In this document: positions 58,031 to 64,000 of the stretch, piece by piece
How positions within the stretch are numbered: position 1 is the stretch's first letter
How the letters are laid out: every line of letters begins with the position of its first letter
NCBI GenBank assembly: GCA_003598025.1
Contig: QZKH01000003.1
Location: 42,048-106,047, forward strand
Origin: Candidatus Omnitrophota bacterium
GTDB lineage: Bacteria > Omnitrophota > Gorgyraeia > Gygaellales > Profunditerraquicolaceae
Reading direction: 5' to 3'
DNA length: 64,000 nt
The notes under the pieces: generated by a model
Told to the model about the DNA's origin: nothing
Databases searched by the model: none
Seen by the model: the letters and a program-made list of their open reading frames with translations, nothing else
Made by a program: the position numbers and the translations under genes

Positions 58031-58849
58031 ATGGAAGCCTTAAAATCATACCTCAAAGATATAAGAAGCATACGGCTTTTGACTGCCGAAGATGAAGTCC
58101 GCCTTAGCAAAAGGGTTAAAAAAGGCGATGAGATGGCGCGTAAAGAGATGATCAGGGCCAACCTGCGCCTTGTAATAAACATAGCTAAGAGATATATGTA
58201 TTTAGGTATACCTTTGCTCGACCTGATAGAAGAAGGCAATCTTGGCTTAATGAAGGCCGTGGATAAATTTGACCATAAAAAAGGTTTCAGGTTTTCTACT
58301 TATGCTGCCTGGTGGATAAAACAGGCTATAACCCGCTCAATATCTGAGCAGGGTAAGACTATCAGGGTCCCTGTGTATATGAGTGAAATAATAAGCAAGT
58401 GGAAGAAGGCAAAGGAGCATCTTTCGCAGAAACTTAAGCGTATACCGAACGACGAAGAGATCGCAAAGAATATAAAACTGCCTAAGGATAAGATTGAACA
58501 GGTTAATTTCTGGCTCACCAGTTCTACTTCCTCCCTTGAGGCTCCGGTGGGTGATGATAATGATAATCAGGTAATGGACCTGGTTGAAGATAAGACAGCC
58601 ATATCCCCAGATTCTACTATAGAGCGTTTACTGGATAAGGAGAGGGTGGATAATTTGCTGGAGATTATGACTGACAGGGAGAGGAACATACTGGACATGC
58701 GTTTCGGGCTTGCGCAAGGCAAACCGCATACGCTTGCAGAAGTGGCTGGCAAACTAAAGATTTCAAGGGAAAGGGTCCGTCAGATAGAAGAAGCAGCGCT
58801 TAGAAAATTAAGAAGGTTTGTTGAACAGCAGGAAAAGGAGTTAAAATGA
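58031..58849 (+). CDS. RNA polymerase sigma factor, sigma-70 family (regions 2-4, no region 1.1; RpoD/RpoS-like)
   Basis: DLIEEGNLGLMKAVDKFD, FSTYAAWWIKQAITRSI, region 4 HTH LAEVAGKLKISRERVRQIE. 272 aa. Confidence 0.8.
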   Translation: MEALKSYLKDIRSIRLLTAEDEVRLSKRVKKGDEMARKEMIRANLRLVINIAKRYMYLGIPLLDLIEEGNLGLMKAVDKFDHKKGFRFSTYAAWWIKQAITRSISEQGKTIRVPVYMSEIISKWKKAKEHLSQKLKRIPNDEEIAKNIKLPKDKIEQVNFWLTSSTSSLEAPVGDDNDNQVMDLVEDKTAISPDSTIERLLDKERVDNLLEIMTDRERNILDMRFGLAQGKPHTLAEVAGKLKISRERVRQIEEAALRKLRRFVEQQEKELK

Positions 58850-59370
58850 GCGGGGAATTTGATTTTAAGAAATATATCCGAGACATTCCCGATTTTCCCA
58901 AAAAAGGGATAATCTTTAAAGATATAACCACGCTTTTAAAAGATAAGAAAGCCTTTAAGGCGGCCGTAGAAATTATCGCCGATAAATTTAAGGGTAAAAA
59001 AATAGATATTGTTATGGCTGTTGAATCAAGAGGTTTTATCTTAGGGGCAGCTGTTGCCAACCGGCTTAATGCCGGCTTTGTCCCTGTCCGCAAAAAAGGC
59101 AAGCTTCCGTGGCAGACGATATCTGCAAGTTATGAGCTTGAATACGGCACGGATACGCTTGAGGTGCACAAAGATGCCTTAAAGAAGGGCGACAGAGTCT
59201 TATTAGTCGATGATTTAATAGCTACAGGCGGGACTGCCGGAGCGGTTATAGATTTAATTAAGCAGCTTGAAGGCAAGATCTGCGGTATTGCTTTTTTGAT
59301 TGAGTTGGCTTTTCTTAACGGAAAAGAAAAACTTAAAGGGTATCCGGTTTATTCTTTGATTAAATATTGA
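58846..59370 (+). CDS. apt: Adenine phosphoribosyltransferase
   Basis: DFPKKGIIFKDIT and the PRPP site VLLVDDLIATGGT. 174 aa. Confidence 0.9.
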   Translation: MSGEFDFKKYIRDIPDFPKKGIIFKDITTLLKDKKAFKAAVEIIADKFKGKKIDIVMAVESRGFILGAAVANRLNAGFVPVRKKGKLPWQTISASYELEYGTDTLEVHKDALKKGDRVLLVDDLIATGGTAGAVIDLIKQLEGKICGIAFLIELAFLNGKEKLKGYPVYSLIKY

Positions 59371-59483
59371 GTGTTCATAGTTCATTGTTCATAGTTCATA
59401 GAGCTGTCCTTACGTCCATGAACCTTGAACCATCAATTATGAACTAATCTATGAACCTTGAACTACCAACCATGAACTAATCC
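59371..59483. repeat. Family-A palindromic element. Its last unit supplies the ATG of the next gene.
   Basis: gtgttcatagttcattgttcatagttcatagagctgtccttacgtccatgaaccttgaacc...catgaactaatccATG. Confidence 0.8.
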
Positions 59484-60140
59484 ATGTACAACCTCCATTC
59501 CCACACACTACTAAGCGACGGGGTGCTTCTTCCGTCAGAACTGGCAATGAGGCATTTTTCTCTCGGATATAAAGCCTTAGCCATAACAGACCATGTTGAT
59601 TACAGCAATATTGAGCATGTAACGGATTCCATTATCAGGTTTGTTAAGGCCTGGCCCAAAAACCTGGGTATAAAAGTATTATCGGGCATAGAATTGACAC
59701 ATCTGCCTTTAGAACAGGTAGGTTTATTAACTAAATACGCCAGAAAGAAAGGCATCCAGGTTATAGTGGCGCACGGCCAAACCCCGGCGGAGCCGGTTTT
59801 AAAAGGATTCAACCGCGCGGCAATAGAGGCTGGTATAGACATTCTGGCTCATCCCGGCCAAATCACGGAAGAAGAAGTTCTGCTTGCCAAAAAATTTGGT
59901 GTTTTCCTGGAAATAACCACCAGAAAAGGGCACAAGATAACAAACAGCCACGTGTTAAAAACGGCATTAAATGTCGGCGCAAAAATAATCGTTAATACTG
60001 ATTGCCATGCCCCCGAGGATATATTAGGCCGTGATGCGATGAATGTATTCTATGCTGAAACCGGTATTTCTGAAAATGAAATTAATAAAATAAACTCTGA
60101 TGTAGAAGAACATTTTTTCAATCAAAGGAGGAGGTGCTGA
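59484..60140 (+). CDS. PHP-family metal-dependent phosphoesterase (histidinol-phosphatase-like)
   Basis: MYNLHSHTLLSDG PHP N-terminal HxH motif and internal His/Asp ligands. 218 aa. Confidence 0.65.
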   Translation: MYNLHSHTLLSDGVLLPSELAMRHFSLGYKALAITDHVDYSNIEHVTDSIIRFVKAWPKNLGIKVLSGIELTHLPLEQVGLLTKYARKKGIQVIVAHGQTPAEPVLKGFNRAAIEAGIDILAHPGQITEEEVLLAKKFGVFLEITTRKGHKITNSHVLKTALNVGAKIIVNTDCHAPEDILGRDAMNVFYAETGISENEINKINSDVEEHFFNQRRRC

Positions 60141-60598
60141 TGTTTCTCAGGCTGGGCTTAGCTGTTTTGATTTTGTTTTTATCCTTTACATTACCCGCTT
60201 GTTCAACAATGTCTAAAAGCAGCAATTTAAACGCCGATGGTATGCTGGAATCAGCAGCAACTTTTAAATTTGCCGATATTCCCGTGCCGGCAGGTTTCAA
60301 AATAGTACCGCAAGATTCCTATTCATTTGAATCTGGCGGTATCAGGGTGGGTGTTCTTAGGTATCAGGGTAAGGCTGACCCGGATGTAGTGATGGGTTTT
60401 TATAAAACTCAGATGCCTGCTTTAAACTGGAACCTGTTAAACGTGGTAGAGTTTGGGGATAGGATACTGAACTTTGACCGTCAAAATGAGACTTGTATAG
60501 TTGAGGTCAGGGCAAGGGGAAATAGCATAAAAATTACTGTTTCGCTGGGGCCAAAATCACAGCCTTTGGCGAAGAAATCAAAGCCTCCCTTAAAATAG
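60134..60598 (+). CDS. Hypothetical lipoprotein
   Basis: Signal peptide with lipobox LPACS. 154 aa. Confidence 0.45.
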   Translation: MLMFLRLGLAVLILFLSFTLPACSTMSKSSNLNADGMLESAATFKFADIPVPAGFKIVPQDSYSFESGGIRVGVLRYQGKADPDVVMGFYKTQMPALNWNLLNVVEFGDRILNFDRQNETCIVEVRARGNSIKITVSLGPKSQPLAKKSKPPLK

Positions 60599-60817
60599 GC
60601 AGAAAATTCAAAAAACACTTGACAAATAAGGGGTTGTGTGTTAAAAAAAATGAAATGGTTATACCACTGGAGATGACTTTAATCCAGGGCGAAACGGAGG
60701 TGAGAAAAAATAGCCTGAAGTCAGATCAAATTCCGGTGATATACTATAGAAGAAATTATCTAGGAACAACCTAATACCCTAGTTGATATATTTATTTTTT
60801 ATTAAAGGAGGAACAAA

Positions 60818-62263
60818 ATGAGTAAACGCTTAGTACTGGTTCTTGCGCTTGCATTTGTTTTCGGCGTTACTTTTTGTGCATACGCAGAAGTTCAGAATGT
60901 CAAAGTCAGCGGTGACCTTACCGTAATGGGTATATCCCGTAATGACCTGGACTTAACGAAAACAACTGGTGGCGGCGCAACAAGCAATGATGAACAGAAC
61001 AATTTTTCATCGATTGCAAGAGTAAGAATTGATGCCGACCTCACAGACAATGTAATGGCGACAATAAGGTTGATCAATGAGAGAGATTGGGACGGTGAAG
61101 ATACTACAACAACCGAAGCCAATAATATTGAAATTGATTTAGCCTATGCTACGATGAAGGAATTCTTGTATTCACCTTTATCGCTTACAATAGGCCGCCA
61201 GGAATTAAGGTATGGTAACGCATTAGTAGTTGGCGATCCTGATACCAACAACCTTGCCGCTGCATCAACATTGACCGCAGGCGATTTAAGTTTAAGAAAA
61301 TCGTTCGATGCAATTAAGGCAGTGTTGAATTATGATCCATTAACCGTTGATTTAGTTTATGCAAAGATTGACGAGAACACGATTAGAGGCGCAAATTCAA
61401 ACGATGATATTGACCTCTATGGTATTAATGCAAATTACGCATTAAACAAAGATACCACATTGGAAGGTTATATATTCTCCAAGCAAACCGGAAGCAATGC
61501 CACAAAATTCACTGCAGCTCAGAGAACTACAGGCGTCGCACTTGCTGATCCCGGCACAAAAGAAAATGATATCCATACCGTTGGTGTCAGGGTTGCTAAT
61601 ACATCTGTGAAGAATTTGATGGCACAATTAGAAGCAGCATTCCAGTTTGGTAAATACAACCCAGGTTATGACATCAATTCACAGAATGCAGCAGTTGAAG
61701 GCGACAGAAGAGCATATGCATTACAGGCTATAGCACACTATAACCTTATGGATATTGTCCCTTCAAGCTTAAGCAAGTATAAGCCGCAAGTAATGGGAAC
61801 CTATACATATTTGTCCGGTGAAAAGAACACAAGGACATCCGGAACTTATCATGGATGGGATCCAATGTTCGAAGACCAGACACCAGGCAGCCTTATTAAT
61901 GCCATATTTGGTTATTCTAACAGCCATACATTGGCTTTGACCGGTAAGGTAAATCCAATGGAAGATGTCGGCTTTAGAGTTGATTATGCAGCAGTCTGGT
62001 TAGATAAAAAATTCCCTGATACAGGCACTGCTACAGCCGGTTTCAACACCGTAAATATGAGAGGTGTTGCAGGCGCAAGCACATATACAATGACAGGAAA
62101 GAGATTTTTAGGCCAGGAATTAGATGCAACCTTGACCTATGATTATACCGAAGATGTCCAGTTTGGGCTTCGCAGCGGTATTTTCTTCCCTGGCGATGCA
62201 CTTCAGGGCAACAATGACAGGAACGCAACAGAGTTAATCGGTACAATGAAAGTTACTTTCTAA
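60818..62263 (+). CDS. Outer-membrane beta-barrel protein (putative porin / alginate-export-like)
   Basis: Signal peptide ending AYA. Alternating amphipathic beta strands. C-terminal ...KVTF with terminal Phe. Confidence 0.6.
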   Translation: MSKRLVLVLALAFVFGVTFCAYAEVQNVKVSGDLTVMGISRNDLDLTKTTGGGATSNDEQNNFSSIARVRIDADLTDNVMATIRLINERDWDGEDTTTTEANNIEIDLAYATMKEFLYSPLSLTIGRQELRYGNALVVGDPDTNNLAAASTLTAGDLSLRKSFDAIKAVLNYDPLTVDLVYAKIDENTIRGANSNDDIDLYGINANYALNKDTTLEGYIFSKQTGSNATKFTAAQRTTGVALADPGTKENDIHTVGVRVANTSVKNLMAQLEAAFQFGKYNPGYDINSQNAAVEGDRRAYALQAIAHYNLMDIVPSSLSKYKPQVMGTYTYLSGEKNTRTSGTYHGWDPMFEDQTPGSLINAIFGYSNSHTLALTGKVNPMEDVGFRVDYAAVWLDKKFPDTGTATAGFNTVNMRGVAGASTYTMTGKRFLGQELDATLTYDYTEDVQFGLRSGIFFPGDALQGNNDRNATELIGTMKVTF

Positions 62264-62284
62264 GTATCGTTATGTAGTCATAAA

Positions 62285-62317
62285 CCCTCGGGAGAGCATA
62301 TCTCCCGGGGGTTTTTT
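62285..62317 (+). terminator. Rho-independent terminator after the outer-membrane protein gene
   Basis: CCCTCGGGAGAGCATATCTCCCGGGGG then TTTTTT. Confidence 0.85.
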
Positions 62318-62324
62318 ATTACCA

Positions 62325-62355
62325 CGTCACAAAGTCACACGTCACAAAGTCACAA
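62325..62355. repeat. Family-B left arm, immediately upstream of the four-helix-bundle gene
   Basis: cgtcacaaagtcacacgtcacaaagtcacaa. Confidence 0.8.
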
Positions 62356-62357
62356 TT

Positions 62358-62711
62358 ATGGATAAAGGATACAAAAAACTTTTAGTTTGGCAGAAGGCAG
62401 ATGAATTAGCTTTACAAATTTATCTTGAGACAAAGCGATTCCCTAAAGATGAAATATATGGTGTTACTTCCCAATTAAGAAGAGCGGCTATCTCTGTCCC
62501 CACCAATATCGCTGAAGGCTCAGGTAGGCAAAACAAATCAGAATCTAAACAATTCATAAATATTTCTTTAGGCTCTTTAGCCGAAACCGAGTATTTATTA
62601 GAATTCTGTTTCCGTCTTAAATACTTAGATGAAGAAAATTTTAATAGGTTAGAAGAATTACGGAATGATGTTGGCGCCTTACTTTGGAATCTTTATAAAA
62701 GCTTTACGTAA
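62358..62711 (+). CDS. Four-helix-bundle protein of the 23S rRNA intervening-sequence protein family
   Basis: 117 aa. Typical LLVWQKA...L...Y..T..FPK.E.YGLTSQLRRAA.S...NIAEG N-terminal pattern of that family. Confidence 0.7.
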   Translation: MDKGYKKLLVWQKADELALQIYLETKRFPKDEIYGVTSQLRRAAISVPTNIAEGSGRQNKSESKQFINISLGSLAETEYLLEFCFRLKYLDEENFNRLEELRNDVGALLWNLYKSFT

Positions 62712-62781
62712 AAGTAAAATAAGTTGTTTCTTTTTGCTTTTGTGACCAGCTGCTTTTGAATAGTCAATCGTTTTCTTAACT

Positions 62782-62813
62782 TTTGTGTCCTTGTGACCTT
62801 GTGTCCTTGTGAC
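62782..62813. repeat. Family-B right arm (inverted partner of 62325-62355), downstream of the four-helix-bundle gene
   Basis: tttgtgtccttgtgaccttgtgtccttgtgac. Confidence 0.8.
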
Positions 62814-62855
62814 CCATTACTTTATAGTATGCTATATCTCTCTTTTATCTTCCAC

Positions 62856-64000
62856 ATGCACCAGCCTTATTACAAGGACATCCTGACACAGGAAAGCCCG
62901 GTTCCCTGGGTGCGGCTGCATGGCACCAAGGATTACCTGGATATGGTGGCAATATTAAAGAATTACCCTAAAATCCACCAAACATTTAATGTAGTTCCGT
63001 CGCTGCTTGAGCAAATAGATGATTATCTTAACCGCAATGTAAAAGACAAATACCTGCACTTATCATATAAAGAAGCAGCTGCGCTAACAAGCGAAGAGAA
63101 AAAATTCATCATTAATAATTTCTTCAGTATAAACAAAGAGAAGGTGATTTTATTTCATCCCCGATATTATGACCTATACCTTAAAAGGCAGAAGAACCAG
63201 GCTTTTAATACACAGGATTACCTTGATCTTCAGGTATGGTTTAATTTAGCATGGATAGACCCCACAACCCGTAATAGCTTTGAAGACTTAAAAAGAATAC
63301 TTGTCAAAGAAAGGTTCTTCACTGAAGAAGAAAAGCATCTTGTCCTGGATAAGCATCTTGAGATACTTGAAGAGATAATCCCGACTTACAAGAAATTTCT
63401 CGAATCCGGGCAGATTGAACTTACTACAAATCCGTATTATCATCCGATATTGCCTCTGCTTTGCAACACCAGGACAGCCAGGCAGGCCAACAGGAGGACA
63501 TTGCTGCCGGAATTAAACTTTCAATATCCCCAGGATGCAAAGTCCCAGGTTGATGAAGCAGTGAAATTCCATAAAGAGAAATTTGGAGTATTGCCTTTAG
63601 GTATGTGGCCTTCGGAAGAATCGGTTAGCGAGCGGATTGTCCCGGGCCTCATTGAATCCGGGATTAAATGGATAGTTACTGACGAAGCGATACTTTTTAA
63701 ATCATTAAAGCTTAAGAATAGGGATACAACGTTATTATACCAGCCGCATTTACTTAAAAGGAAATGCGGTAATCTCACAGTAATCTTTAGAGACAGGAAT
63801 CTTTCTGACCTGATAGGATTTAACTACAGTAATATGGATTCATCGGAGGCTGCCGAAGATTTCATGGCACACCTTAAGAACATTTCAACTGCTTTTAAGG
63901 ATAAAGATATACTTGTGACCATCGCCATGGATGGAGAGAATGCCTGGGAATATTTTAGGTATGACGGCCATGAATTTTTAAACGAGCTTTATTCCAGGTT
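62856..64000 (+). CDS. Glycoside hydrolase family 57 protein (alpha-glucan branching enzyme / amylase family). 3'-truncated by the window end. Not in the ORF track because the window ends before any stop codon.
   Basis: Open frame translated by hand with no stop: MHQPYYKD..., TNPYYHPILPL, GMWPSEESVSE (nucleophile-Glu region), AMDGENAWEY (acid/base region). Confidence 0.7.
   Translation, partial: MHQPYYKDILTQESPVPWVRLHGTKDYLDMVAILKNYPKIHQTFNVVPSLLEQIDDYLNRNVKDKYLHLSYKEAAALTSEEKKFIINNFFSINKEKVILFHPRYYDLYLKRQKNQAFNTQDYLDLQVWFNLAWIDPTTRNSFEDLKRILVKERFFTEEEKHLVLDKHLEILEEIIPTYKKFLESGQIELTTNPYYHPILPLLCNTRTARQANRRTLLPELNFQYPQDAKSQVDEAVKFHKEKFGVLPLGMWPSEESVSERIVPGLIESGIKWIVTDEAILFKSLKLKNRDTTLLYQPHLLKRKCGNLTVIFRDRNLSDLIGFNYSNMDSSEAAEDFMAHLKNISTAFKDKDILVTIAMDGENAWEYFRYDGHEFLNELYSR

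Noticed and set aside
21428-59483. Short tandem octamer repeats as a CRISPR array
   Set aside because: Units are 8-9 bp with no unique spacers of 25-40 bp. Arms are palindromic rather than direct repeat-spacer. No cas genes.
60599-60817. Riboswitch or leader upstream of the outer-membrane protein gene
   Set aside because: The 220-bp leader has promoter-like TTGACA / TATACT boxes and some pairing potential. I could not recognise a conserved riboswitch core (c-di-AMP ydaO-type or other) by inspection.
49-63778. All minus-strand ORFs in the six-frame track (e.g. 49-684, 754-1296, 10005-10559, 17902-18417, 25695-26357, 34949-35425, 43700-44164, 55205-55651, 63521-63778)
   Set aside because: Each lies entirely inside a well-supported + strand gene with strong family motifs. 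They have low-complexity, Ser/Leu-rich translations and no independent start or SD context. Treated as antisense artefacts.

Overview
This is a 64 kb chromosomal segment from a diderm (Gram-negative) bacterium. It carries a C-terminal-Phe beta-barrel outer-membrane protein and lipoproteins. It is not obviously a mobile or defence island.

All ~60 credible genes are on the + strand and are tightly packed, often with overlapping stop and start codons. They are housekeeping functions:
- Proteostasis and small-molecule metabolism: ftsH, folP, cdaA, pdxJ, acpS, nnrD.
- A tRNA cluster Thr-Tyr-Gly, plus tRNA-Pro and tRNA-Arg.
- A soluble PAS histidine kinase with a receiver-only response regulator, a ThyA-family enzyme, two small PilZ proteins, and gpsA.
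- Amino-acid and central metabolism: hom-thrC, coaB, apgM, cstA, lysC, cimA, nadC.
- Replication, repair and chaperones: valS, uvrB, coaX, CIRCE-regulated groES-groEL, guaB-guaA, dnaE, hup, polX.
- Translation and the phoH block: hisS, aspS, phoH-pgpH-ybeY-recO.
- Pantothenate/CoA and electron-transfer genes: panE, apbE, nfnA-mgtE-nfnB, panB.
- Remaining genes: glyQS, ppdK, a short sigma-70, apt, a PHP hydrolase, an OMP, a four-helix-bundle (23S-IVS family) protein, and a 3'-truncated GH57 gene.

The most unusual content is non-coding. Two abundant families of palindromic short-unit repeat elements, one built from GTTCATAG/CTATGAAC units and one from GTCACAAAG/CTTTGTGAC units, occupy most intergenic gaps. 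Some of them abut start codons, two flank tRNA-Arg, and two sit in-frame inside valS. A third palindromic element brackets groESL. There are two tRNA-associated direct-repeat scars. A 34-aa relic of cdaR follows cdaA. The four-helix-bundle gene is framed by inverted repeats. No CRISPR array, integrase, transposase or recognisable defence genes were seen. Every reverse-strand ORF in the track lies inside a + strand gene and was judged spurious.
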